Shown: one piece after another, positions 19,967-29,425 of the stretch
How the letters are laid out: each line of letters begins with the position of its first letter
Numbering within the stretch: position 1 is the stretch's first letter
Assembly (NCBI GenBank): GCA_963663385.2
Contig: CAXXXD010000002.1
Coordinates: 608,001 to 672,000 of the forward strand
From: Oceanispirochaeta sp.
GTDB lineage: Bacteria; Spirochaetota; Spirochaetia; DSM-2461
Reading direction: 5' to 3'
DNA: 64,000 nt
The notes under the pieces: generated by a model
Seen by the model: the letters and a program-made list of their open reading frames with translations, nothing else
Database searches by the model: none
Told to the model about the DNA's origin: nothing
Made by a program: the position numbers and the translations under genes

Positions 19967-20752
19967 ATGAACATCAAGTCTGTGCTTTTCTTTATTATCT
20001 TAATGACGTTCTGGCAAATCTTTGCCCTTCCTGTCAGCACAAGTTCTACTCTACTCAATATGGAAGTTTCAGCTGATTTCCTAACAATAGGTGAGGTTTC
20101 TACCTCTTCCCTCTGGTACGAGACGGTTATGCCGGGGTATAAAATCAATTACACTTACAATTATCTCAATCGGAAAAATCAGCTTCATCAGTTTGGGCTT
20201 GGAATCAAGTATTTTGAAAGTAATACATTTAAACTGAATTCCGCCGACCTGGATCCGGGTGATCTGAGATATCTCTCTGTTAATCTTAACGGGGATTATA
20301 AACGTTATCTCCCGATACGGACTCATGTTGATTATATTACGGGCATTGAAATGGCCGGTGCTTACAACAGTTTTGGACAGGTCATAACCTATAATGCAGC
20401 TCGAATAGATAGTTCCTGCTTCTTTAAGATAGGCTCTCTGAATGGTATTTCCTTCAATATCCGGGACCGAATGGAATTTAAAACGCTTCTCTCTTTACAT
20501 GCGGGTCTTCCCGTATATGGTTCTATAGACTATCCCGATGATGTTGAACAAAGTGTGAAACCTTATAATCTGGGAATGAATTTTCATTCGGGGATTTCTG
20601 CTGATATCAGGGATATTTATCTTTGCTTGTACTACGATTGGTTCTACGACTATATTCTATTGCTGGATGATTCCAGTGATTATTTTACTCCCGAAGGCCT
20701 CAGGCCTGAAAGCATCCACAGTATTGGACTGCAAGTCGGAGTGAGGTTATGA
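19967..20752 (+). CDS. Hypothetical exported protein, probable outer-membrane beta-barrel
   Basis: Signal peptide ending QIFA; alternating aromatic/glycine strands; C-terminus IGLQVGVRL. Confidence 0.6.
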   Translation: MNIKSVLFFIILMTFWQIFALPVSTSSTLLNMEVSADFLTIGEVSTSSLWYETVMPGYKINYTYNYLNRKNQLHQFGLGIKYFESNTFKLNSADLDPGDLRYLSVNLNGDYKRYLPIRTHVDYITGIEMAGAYNSFGQVITYNAARIDSSCFFKIGSLNGISFNIRDRMEFKTLLSLHAGLPVYGSIDYPDDVEQSVKPYNLGMNFHSGISADIRDIYLCLYYDWFYDYILLLDDSSDYFTPEGLRPESIHSIGLQVGVRL

Positions 20753-21474
20753 AGTCTGTTCTTAAATTGATTCTACTGGCTATACTTGTTTCCTGTTCGA
20801 TCATAGTAGAGCCAGATGAATATGAAACCATCGAAGGAGATTCTTGTATAGTCATCTGTGACGGTTCTTTCTCCAGAGAAGAATATGAGAGCATTCAGGT
20901 AATGGCCGACCTGGCTATTGCAGATATCCGGGAGTTTACAGGAATTGATTTGACATTTCTCATCCCTTTTTATTTTGAAGATAGGACTGTACAAAACGCT
21001 GACGGATTTGCTTTAGGAAATGGGATTTATCTCAGAAGTAGTTTCCTGTCTTATGACACGGAATACCAGCGCTATCTTTTAAGGCATGAAATAACACATC
21101 TGTTTTTCTCATTGAATTTCGGATATACAACATCGTTTCTTTTCTCTGAAGGGACGGCTGAGTATTTCTCTCATAATATGGTATACGATAAAGGATCAAC
21201 CTCTTTCAAGGATGAACTTGAAGACTGGATAGAACTGTCCTATATCCAGTATTTTCTCAACGAAGAGGAATATACAGAGATCAATGAAGATTTATATCTG
21301 CTAAGTTACCAGTTTATATATTTTTGGAGCAAAACCTACGGAGAAAACAGTTTATTCGAACTTTACCCGGAGATTACTGCCGAGAATATTGTTGAAAAAT
21401 TGGAAGACTACAGCCGCATTGATTTTGACGAATTAGCTTACAATTTTCGCTGTTTTATAGGAAATGATACATGA
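20749..21474 (+). CDS. Lipoprotein with gluzincin (peptidase MA-like) zinc motif
   Basis: Lipobox ILVSC; GFA, HEITH, then FSEGTAEY; ATGA overlap with the previous gene. Confidence 0.75.
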   Translation: MKSVLKLILLAILVSCSIIVEPDEYETIEGDSCIVICDGSFSREEYESIQVMADLAIADIREFTGIDLTFLIPFYFEDRTVQNADGFALGNGIYLRSSFLSYDTEYQRYLLRHEITHLFFSLNFGYTTSFLFSEGTAEYFSHNMVYDKGSTSFKDELEDWIELSYIQYFLNEEEYTEINEDLYLLSYQFIYFWSKTYGENSLFELYPEITAENIVEKLEDYSRIDFDELAYNFRCFIGNDT

Positions 21475-22763
21475 AAAAATCTATGCTTGTTTCAACCCTT
21501 ATGTTCTTCCTGTTAATATCATGTCATCAACTGGATTTGAGCGAAACTGAAGATGAAACTTCTGATAATTCGGATTTTATATCCGAGATTACTCTGGATG
21601 ATGGAGGTGAGAGTGAGAGGATTTATATCGGCTATAGTGAACTGAATCCTCTTTTGGTGAAAGTTCCCGTTATACAGAATTCCGGATATTTTAAATTGAC
21701 TCTTTCACCAGCTTCGGCGGGAGCCCGTTCAATTTATAGGGGAGATATAGCTGTAAGGGTTTATGATGACAGATCTTTTATAGGAGACAGCCTGTATACT
21801 GTTTTTTCCAACTGGGTTGATGGCAATCTTGAATTCTATTTTCTTTCGGATGGCCTGGAAAAGAACATTGTTCTTTATCACGATGATGAAGAAGCAGAAG
21901 GGGATTGTATTTTTAATGCCTCTGTTGAATCAATTGATTATGAGGTTGACCTGAGCTTACAATCCGATGATACATTTCTGCGGTCCCTCTCTCCGGGAAT
22001 CCCCGTTAGCGCAACAGTTCCTTACTGGGGGAGTATTACATATTCATATGAAATAAAGAGTATCATAATTGATCAGGAGTATGAACTGATTGTCTCCTGG
22101 GATAAAACCGCTTCTCCACTGCCTATCAAATCGGAAATTATTTCCAGATTATATGAAGTTGATGATGATTACAGTATTGAGGAGCTTTATCGGTGCAGCC
22201 AGGAGACAGGGGAATCCCGCATTTTTCGCATCATTTCCGATATGGGGAGTACTGGAACTGTTGACGGTGTTACTGCTTTGGACTTAGATAACTGCTATAC
22301 GGGGGATACATTTCAGGTTAATTTGAGAGAGGCAACGTCTCACGTTTTCTCTCCTGATCCCTTTGAACCCGATCAGGGGCCTGTCGCGGCATCGATTGAT
22401 AGTATTTCGGGCAGTCAAACCAGCAGTGCTGTACACACTTTCATAAACGATGATATTGATTGGGTGAAGTGGCAGCCCTGGGGGTCCGGGGAGTACAAAT
22501 TTTATCTGGAGCTGGATGATGCCTGGTATATTGACGGAGTGACTGAAGGGATTGAATATAAAGTGATTGTCCATTTAGTAAGCAGGAACGGGGCAGAGAT
22601 TGAAGTATATAAGTCTTACAGCTTTACCGAACCGCCTGTCAATCCTATTATCAGTAGCGATATATTGGAATACACACTGGAGACGGATACAGGGGAACCC
22701 CTTTATTTTGAGATAATTGCAGACGATGAGATAAGCTACAGGATCATTGCTGAAAAACTGTAA
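21471..22763 (+). CDS. Acidic lipoprotein with probable beta-sandwich/pre-peptidase-C-terminal-like domains
   Basis: Lipobox LLISC; PDPFEPD...DDIDWVKW motif; ATGA overlap. Confidence 0.6.
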   Translation: MKKSMLVSTLMFFLLISCHQLDLSETEDETSDNSDFISEITLDDGGESERIYIGYSELNPLLVKVPVIQNSGYFKLTLSPASAGARSIYRGDIAVRVYDDRSFIGDSLYTVFSNWVDGNLEFYFLSDGLEKNIVLYHDDEEAEGDCIFNASVESIDYEVDLSLQSDDTFLRSLSPGIPVSATVPYWGSITYSYEIKSIIIDQEYELIVSWDKTASPLPIKSEIISRLYEVDDDYSIEELYRCSQETGESRIFRIISDMGSTGTVDGVTALDLDNCYTGDTFQVNLREATSHVFSPDPFEPDQGPVAASIDSISGSQTSSAVHTFINDDIDWVKWQPWGSGEYKFYLELDDAWYIDGVTEGIEYKVIVHLVSRNGAEIEVYKSYSFTEPPVNPIISSDILEYTLETDTGEPLYFEIIADDEISYRIIAEKL

Positions 22764-22972
22764 GACAACGGAATTATCGGGTGATTTCAGTACATATCAA
22801 ACTCATTGTTATCATTATGCTTGAATCCATGTGTGCCTTGATCAGAAATCGTTATATTTCACTAAGAACTCCATTTATTATTTTGACAGCCCCTATTGCC
22901 GTAGAAGAAAACTTATAGTCGCCATAATTGTTTTTTAGTATAATGCTTCCTATCAATCAGGAGTATTATAAA

Positions 22973-23873
22973 ATGAATCACCCCGCACATAAAATCTGTA
23001 TTGTGTTTCTTGTTCTTTACTGTATCTTCCCTGTTTCCGCCCAGTTCGGAGGAAGACCTGGAGGAGCAGACGGACTTGTCGGAGTCGCCGGTTCGGCAAA
23101 GCAGGGTGATTACCGTAGGCGGCCGTCTAACCCCCTTTCGGAAAATAGATCACTCTTTTACTGTAAACGGCTATGTGGACACCCTTCTTGTCAAGGCGGG
23201 AGACCGGGTTCGGTCCGGTTCCCCCCTGGTGAAAATAACACGGGAGGTGATTGGGGAAACCTATCGCCCGGTTATCCTCGAGTCCCGAATCGACGGGATC
23301 GTATCAGAGATTAATGTTTATGAAAAAGAGGAAGTATCGGGCGGACAGTCGGCAGTAACGGTTCTGGATGACAGTCTCTACCTTCTTATGGTAAGCCTGA
23401 GTGACCGGGATGCTCAGGCCGTAAGAAACCTGGGGCGTATTTCTGTAAAAGGGGTTTCGCCGGAAGGAGCGGAATTCTCCGGAAAAATACGGGATATCAC
23501 TACAGAACCTGACTATACGACGGGGCTTTTTACCCTGACAATGGAGTTTCCCCGAAACCGGGATCTGTACCTGGGGTCCGTTCTGTTTGTAGACCTGCCT
23601 GTCCAGAAGGCTGCGGGTATTTCGATTGATCTGTCCGCTTTGGTAAGAGAGGGGGATTCCGACTTTATCTGGGTGCTGAATAAAGAGAACACCCTGGAAA
23701 AAAGGCCTATAGTTCCGGGAGAGGAACAGGATGATAAAATCGCTGTTACTGAAGGAATGACCGCTGGAGAACGGTATGTCCGTAAACCGGGCGGGCTTGA
23801 AAAAGCAGGCATGACCATACGGGAGCTGGTACAGGCCAATATGGCCGGTAATCCGGAACAGGAAAAAAGATAA
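22973..23873 (+). CDS. RND periplasmic adaptor (MFP); N-terminus apparently in a different frame from the body
   Basis: The body (ORF 23001-23873) has the lipoyl-like GYVDTLLVKAGDRVRSGSPL and ESRIDGIVSEI. The only ATG with an RBS (AGGAG, ATG 22973) opens a signal peptide in another frame. Confidence 0.75.
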
Positions 23874-26800
23874 TGCTGCCCCTGATATTTCGAAAATCCA
23901 CAGGATTCTTTCTTCTGGTCGTACTTATGATTATTTCAGGGTTCATTGTATTGTTCCGGCTTCCCGTCATGATGTATCCCCAAACCCGTCGCCCCCAGGT
24001 TATGGTTCAATTGAGTCATCCCGGTATATCTGCCGTGGATTTTCAGGAACAGTATGCCGAGGACATCGAATCCGTTCTGATGTCCCTGACGGACCTGGAC
24101 CTTCTGGAAACGACCTACTCCACAGATTCCAGCCGCTTCAATCTTACCTTCAACTGGAATGTGGACAGTGATGATGCCAGAACCGCTGTCGAGAATCAGA
24201 TGGTTTCCATAAATGCCTCTTTACCCGATGTGATCAAGGACTCCTACAGTGTCCGTTACTGGCAGGGAGAAAATGCCGGTTACATGGTTATGGGGCTGAC
24301 TTCTCCGTCAACTCCCTCGGAGGAGCTTTACTATATTCTGAAAAACAATATCGAACCCCGTCTATTGAAAATCCCGGATGTGGAAGAGATAGGTTTCTAT
24401 AATACCAGACGCCTTATTGTGGACATTGAACTGGAGCAGAAAAAGATGCTTTCCTACGGGATTACCATCAACGATGTCAACCAGGCCCTGCAGTCGGGAT
24501 TCCTGCCCCAGCCTCTGGGATCCATAGATACGGAAGAGGGAAGACTGAGCGTCCGGTTAAAGAGAAATGACAGAAGCCTGGAAAAACTGTCCCGTCTGGA
24601 AATCCGTCAGGTGGGCGATTCCAGCATCACCCTGGATGATATCGCTCTTCTGGATATCCGGTATACCCTTCCTTCCCGGGTTTTTCTGGTTGAGGGAACT
24701 CCGGCCGTTCAGTTAACCGCCACACCCCTGGAAGGGGGAAATGTCAGTTCCATGACCAGTGATATTCAGGAAATCCTGTACCAGGGAATCGAGAACGGTT
24801 TGATCCCGGCCGATACGGATATGGCCCTTTATCTTGATCCGGCCAAGTATATTCAAAACTCAATCAGAAATGTTATACAGGCAGCCCTGCTGGGCGGGTT
24901 TCTGGCTATAACAGTTGTTTTTCTTATTCTGGGAGAGTGGAAAAATACAATCCTTATTGCGGCTTCTCTGCCTGTGACCATAATTATAAGTTTTCTGTTT
25001 ATGGGTATTTTCGGTGTCTCCATTAACCTTATCTCATTGGGAGGACTGGCTCTGGCCGTGGGGATGATAGTGGATTCAACGATCGTTGTTATGGAGAACA
25101 TCCATCGGCACAGACTGGAATCGGAAGGGGCCGAGCGTATTGTCCACTGGAAGACCGTTGTTCTGGATGCGGTAGACCAGGTCCGTTCCCCCGTGATTGC
25201 GTCCACCCTGACTTCGGTTCTGGTTTTTCTCCCCATCTCCTTTACGGCTCCCCTGACCAATGCCATCCTGGGCGATCAGGCCCGAACGGTCGTGTTTGCC
25301 CTGCTGGGTTCTCTGCTTGTTTCTCTGACTCTGGTTCCGGTTCTGGCTTTTTATGCTTTTATGGGGCATCAGAAAAAGGGACAGATCACAGGCCGGCTTC
25401 AGAGGGGGGACGAGAAAATGTTTCACGGGTTGATCGCTCTTTACAGCAGGAGCCTGAAATGGATACTGCGGAGAAAATACAGGGCGGCCCTGTTTCTGCT
25501 TTCAGCTTTCGGTATCCTCCTTTTTTCTCTCTTTGCCGTACTGCCCCGGATCCCCCGGGAGATTATTTCCGTTCCGACTTCCGACCGGGTCGTCCTGTTT
25601 TTCCGAAACTCCGATATTTCCGATCCGGAAGTGTATCTGAAAGAGATCATTCCGGAAATGAATGCCAGAATCGATGCTGTTCTGGGAGATCTTCTTCTGG
25701 AGCGGTTTACCAATCTTTCGGGCCGGTTTAACCAGACCTTCCTCGATCTGCGCAGCTCCGATGATACGGAGGAAGCCATTTCCCGTTTACAGAACGCCTT
25801 TGTTTCGGAAGGAGACTGGTACTACAATGTGATGGCATGGGATCCCGCTGCGCTGCCCCTCCCCCGGAGTTTTGATTTCCAGCTCAGCCTGTTCGGTCCG
25901 GATGCCGCGGAAAAGGTGAAGCTCCTGGCCTCTATTCAAACTCTTCTGAATGAGGAGGGGATATTCCGCCGGACATTTACCGAACCCTCCTCATCCATTA
26001 TTCAGCAGCTGAACCTGACTGCCCGGGAGGAGACCATAAACAGTTTCGCCTCTCTTTCCGAATCAGGCCTGACATCCCTGATCAGGCGTATTTTAAGCGG
26101 GACAAGCTCAATCACCCTTACGGACGGAACCGAAGATGTGGAAGTTTCTGCGGATTACCCTTCCGAACTGATAGACAGCCGGGAGGAACTGGAGGATTTT
26201 CTGATTCCCTGGCAGCAGCACTTTATCCCGCTGAAACACTTTTTCAACTTCAGTTCAAACAGTGGGGTGTCTCAGGTATACAGTGAAAACGGAGAGCCCG
26301 CCTTCCGGATTTACGGAATGGCCGGGTTTCAGATCAGCGACAGCAAACGCCTTGAGATGCAGCGGGAGGCGGAGCAGTTCCTTTCGGAAAATCTGGTTCT
26401 CCCGGAGGGGTACAGCTATACTTTCGATAACCCCAGGGTAGAGATGGACAGGGCCATTCAGTCCCTTTTTATAGCGCTGGGAATTTCAATCGTACTGATT
26501 TATCTTCTTCTGGCCTTTCAGTTTAACTCCCTCTGGATTCCTATGGTTATCCTTGTGACGATCCCTCTCGGGTTTGTGGGAGTTGTATTCAGTCTCTGGC
26601 TTTTTAATTCCACCCTGAACCTGAACTCCCTTCTGGGTACGATTCTTCTGGGAGGGGTCGTTGTGAATAATGCCATTATCATGATCGATTTCTACCTTAG
26701 ATCCAGATTGGAATTCAGCGATTACAGGGAAGCCCTGGCCTATGCCGCCGGAATCCGTTTTCAACCGATAATCATTACTACCCTAACCACCATTTTCGGG

Positions 26801-26983
26801 ATGCTGCCTCTCGCCATCGGTTTGGGAGAGGGGTCCAATATCCTGCAGCCTTTGGGTATAGCGGTTTCGGGAGGTCTGCTTGTTTCGACTCTTTTTGCCC
26901 TATATGCCGTGCCGTCCCTGCTGGTTTTAACTCACAGCAACCGGAAAACCCACCATCATAAAAAACTGGAAGGCAGACAATGA
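23873..26983 (+). CDS. RND efflux permease (AcrB/AcrD/AcrF family)
   Basis: 1036 aa; SINLISLGGLALAVGMIVDS, STLTSVLVFLP, RFQPIIITTLTTIFGMLPLA. Confidence 0.93.
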   Translation: MLPLIFRKSTGFFLLVVLMIISGFIVLFRLPVMMYPQTRRPQVMVQLSHPGISAVDFQEQYAEDIESVLMSLTDLDLLETTYSTDSSRFNLTFNWNVDSDDARTAVENQMVSINASLPDVIKDSYSVRYWQGENAGYMVMGLTSPSTPSEELYYILKNNIEPRLLKIPDVEEIGFYNTRRLIVDIELEQKKMLSYGITINDVNQALQSGFLPQPLGSIDTEEGRLSVRLKRNDRSLEKLSRLEIRQVGDSSITLDDIALLDIRYTLPSRVFLVEGTPAVQLTATPLEGGNVSSMTSDIQEILYQGIENGLIPADTDMALYLDPAKYIQNSIRNVIQAALLGGFLAITVVFLILGEWKNTILIAASLPVTIIISFLFMGIFGVSINLISLGGLALAVGMIVDSTIVVMENIHRHRLESEGAERIVHWKTVVLDAVDQVRSPVIASTLTSVLVFLPISFTAPLTNAILGDQARTVVFALLGSLLVSLTLVPVLAFYAFMGHQKKGQITGRLQRGDEKMFHGLIALYSRSLKWILRRKYRAALFLLSAFGILLFSLFAVLPRIPREIISVPTSDRVVLFFRNSDISDPEVYLKEIIPEMNARIDAVLGDLLLERFTNLSGRFNQTFLDLRSSDDTEEAISRLQNAFVSEGDWYYNVMAWDPAALPLPRSFDFQLSLFGPDAAEKVKLLASIQTLLNEEGIFRRTFTEPSSSIIQQLNLTAREETINSFASLSESGLTSLIRRILSGTSSITLTDGTEDVEVSADYPSELIDSREELEDFLIPWQQHFIPLKHFFNFSSNSGVSQVYSENGEPAFRIYGMAGFQISDSKRLEMQREAEQFLSENLVLPEGYSYTFDNPRVEMDRAIQSLFIALGISIVLIYLLLAFQFNSLWIPMVILVTIPLGFVGVVFSLWLFNSTLNLNSLLGTILLGGVVVNNAIIMIDFYLRSRLEFSDYREALAYAAGIRFQPIIITTLTTIFGMLPLAIGLGEGSNILQPLGIAVSGGLLVSTLFALYAVPSLLVLTHSNRKTHHHKKLEGRQ

Positions 26984-28314
26984 AAAGCAAAATCCTTCTG
27001 ATATTCTCTCTCATTTTTATTACACCGGATCTGTTTTACCCTGCTGACACTTCCGGGGATGATAAGGCGGTGCTTCTGTCTCTGGATCAGGCCTGGGATC
27101 TGATGCTGGAAAGTAACGGGACCCTTCATAAGCTCCATACGGAATGGGGCGCGGCCAGAAGAAAGGCCGGCGCGTATGATCAGTGGATCCCCTCTCTCAG
27201 TGCCGGGGCTTCTCTGAATCGCGCCTCCCCCCTGATCAGCCGCTATACCATGCCTTCCGAATCCGAACAGGTGGAAAGTGATTTCTGGTCTCTCCGGGCT
27301 ACATTGAATATGCAGTTGAAAATTGCTCCGGGACTCTCAATAGAAGAGGAATTGAGACAGCTGAGAGCCGATCTGCTGGATCTGGAAATTGCAAAGACCG
27401 TCAGGTCCTTCCGATATGACCTGACCATCCTCTATTATGAGATCCTGGCGGGAGAGAACCGGATTGCTCTTCAGCAGGAGAGTCTGAATCTGGCAAAAAG
27501 CCGTCTCCGCCAGACGGAACTGCAGTTTGAACAGGGGGTGAAATCGGATCTGGAACTGCTGTCCGCCAGGATCGCCGTGGCAAGGGATATCCCCGCTCTG
27601 CAAAAGGAAGAGGCCAATCAGGAAAAAAGGTATATCACTCTGCGCAATTACCTTGGGCTGGAAGACTCGGCGGTTGTCAAACTTACTCCGGTTTCTTTGA
27701 AGGAGGGGGGGATTCCCGAATCCGAAGCAGTTTTGAGTTCCATTCCCGTCAATCCGGATATGCTTATACTGGAAAACAGGATCCGGCAGGCCGAGCTGCA
27801 GTACCGGCAGTCTGTAAAAGAGGGGCGGGGGCCGTCCCTCGGGATGAGCATGGGCTGGTCTTCCAGTCTGGATCCGGCTTTCGAAAAGGAATCCTGGACC
27901 AGTGAGGAGTGGCGAGATAATCTGAGCCTGGGGCTGTCCCTTACCCTTCCTCTGGACAGTTATATCAGAGGCTCTTCGGACCAGTTGAGTCTGAAGGAGC
28001 TGGAAGAAGATATTGAAGCGGCCCGGATAACCCTGGACGATGCCGGACGGGCTTTAAGGGATGAGGTCCGCACCCTCTACCTGGATATTGAGCTGAGCCG
28101 TTCCAATATCGAAATGAATGAGCTGAATGTCTCTCTGCTGACGCAGAATGCAAATAAAATGGAACAGAATTACAACAACGGGAGAGTCCCTCTCCGGGAC
28201 CTGGATGAAAGCCGTCAGGAACTGAAGGAGGCCCTTCTGGCTCTGGAGGATGAGAAACTGAAGTTGACGACCCTTACGGTGGAACTGCTTACTCTGCTTG
28301 GGCTGGAGTGGTGA
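26980..28314 (+). CDS. TolC-family outer-membrane efflux protein
   Basis: Two OEP repeats (QFEQGVKSDLELLSA, NYNNGRVPLRDLDES); third gene of the RND operon. Confidence 0.85.
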   Translation: MKSKILLIFSLIFITPDLFYPADTSGDDKAVLLSLDQAWDLMLESNGTLHKLHTEWGAARRKAGAYDQWIPSLSAGASLNRASPLISRYTMPSESEQVESDFWSLRATLNMQLKIAPGLSIEEELRQLRADLLDLEIAKTVRSFRYDLTILYYEILAGENRIALQQESLNLAKSRLRQTELQFEQGVKSDLELLSARIAVARDIPALQKEEANQEKRYITLRNYLGLEDSAVVKLTPVSLKEGGIPESEAVLSSIPVNPDMLILENRIRQAELQYRQSVKEGRGPSLGMSMGWSSSLDPAFEKESWTSEEWRDNLSLGLSLTLPLDSYIRGSSDQLSLKELEEDIEAARITLDDAGRALRDEVRTLYLDIELSRSNIEMNELNVSLLTQNANKMEQNYNNGRVPLRDLDESRQELKEALLALEDEKLKLTTLTVELLTLLGLEW

Positions 28315-28443
28315 AAGAATCACCGGAATCAGTGTTTTGTTTTGTTTGTAGTGCTATGAGGACTGGTGTTATGGGGACGGAGGTTTTATTTCTTTTTTAT
28401 AGAAAAATTGAATTTCTTAGTGAAATCCTCCTGTTAAGTTAAC

Positions 28444-28935
28444 ATGCGTAAACCAAGAGTTCTTATAACGGGGGCCCTATATCATGTAGTGGCAAAAACT
28501 AATCGAGGGGAGTTTATTCTGAATTCCGATGAAGTGAAAGACCTTTTTATGTCTGTTCTGGAATTGGCTCACGAAAAGTATGATTTTAAGATAAAGCATT
28601 TCTGTATAATGAGTAATCATGTTCATCTTCTGATAAAGCCTGGTTTGGATACCAGCCTGTCAGATTTGATGAGGTATGTTTTGAGTGTCTTTGCCGGTAG
28701 ATTTAATAGAATGTTTGGATTGAAGGGACATGTCTGGTATGATAGGTTTAAAAGCATAATCATCCAAAGTTTTAATCAGCTTATAAATACATTCAACTAT
28801 ATTTCCAACAATCCGGTTAAAGCTGGTCTCTGTCTGGATGCCCGAAAATACTTCTATTGTGGATTATATGAACTGAAAAGGAAGCGATTTCGGGTAATGG
28901 AACCACCGGATGAGTGGATGAAACTTGTTCTGTAA
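28444..28935 (+). CDS. REP-associated tyrosine transposase (RAYT, Y1/HUH, IS200-like fold)
   Basis: MRKPR..YHVVAKTN, CIMSNHVHLL (HUH), GHVWYDRFKS, YISNNPVKAGL (catalytic Tyr plus NPVxAG). Confidence 0.88.
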   Translation: MRKPRVLITGALYHVVAKTNRGEFILNSDEVKDLFMSVLELAHEKYDFKIKHFCIMSNHVHLLIKPGLDTSLSDLMRYVLSVFAGRFNRMFGLKGHVWYDRFKSIIIQSFNQLINTFNYISNNPVKAGLCLDARKYFYCGLYELKRKRFRVMEPPDEWMKLVL

Positions 28936-29211
28936 AATCCTTCTGCTTTTTTTCTCATACATTTTCTGATTAAATAATCTCATTATAAGTATTTGCCAGA
29001 GTACTCTTTTCTTGTTGCTATGAAATACACAAAAACTCTGAGAACTTATTTGATTTATACCATACCAAGTCATAAATCCACAGTCCTTTTAGTGGATATT
29101 AGCCTTTTTGTGTTCATTATTGTTTTACAGTTTTTATATGATGATCTCTTTTAGTGTTTATGAACTGATAGGCAAAAAACAACAGATAAAACCATGAATT
29201 TCATCAAATAT

Positions 29212-29253
29212 TAACCTCCGTCCCTATTGGAGTAACCTCCGTCCCTATTGGAG
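29212..29253. repeat. Perfect 21-bp tandem repeat, 2 copies
   Basis: TAACCTCCGTCCCTATTGGAG at 29212-29232 and 29233-29253. Confidence 0.95.
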
Positions 29254-29330
29254 TGCTATGCGGCAGAGATGAGCTGCATCTGCACGGTCTGTTCTGTCCA
29301 ACCCTGTAATGACAATCCATTTTTCCGGAT

Positions 29331-29396
29331 AAATCAAAAACGCTAACATAAAAATCAATATCTGAAATATCCTCCAGATCAGGGTGCGGGTACAAT
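29331..29396 (+). promoter_or_regulatory. Putative AraC-activated promoter of the UroD/MtaA gene
   Basis: AAATCAA at 29331 and 29352 (21-bp period); -10 TACAAT 29391-29396; no recognisable -35. Confidence 0.4.
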
Positions 29397-29425
29397 TAAT
29401 CATCACATTTTCAAAGGATGATACG

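Larger units (their letters stand above)
28374..29253. mobile_element. RAYT-like module: HUH transposase bounded by inverted REP-like motifs
   Basis: GGGACGGAGGTT at 28374-28385; its reverse complement AACCTCCGTCCC at 29213-29224 and 29234-29245; interior visibly AT-rich. Confidence 0.7.

Noticed and set aside
28444..29210. IS605-type element with tnpB or an omega-RNA
   Set aside because: No tnpB/iscB ORF follows the transposase, and I see no clear subterminal hairpins in the AT-rich downstream region.
29212..29253. 21-bp repeat as a mini CRISPR array
   Set aside because: The two copies abut with no spacer and there are no cas genes; association with the RAYT-like gene explains it better.
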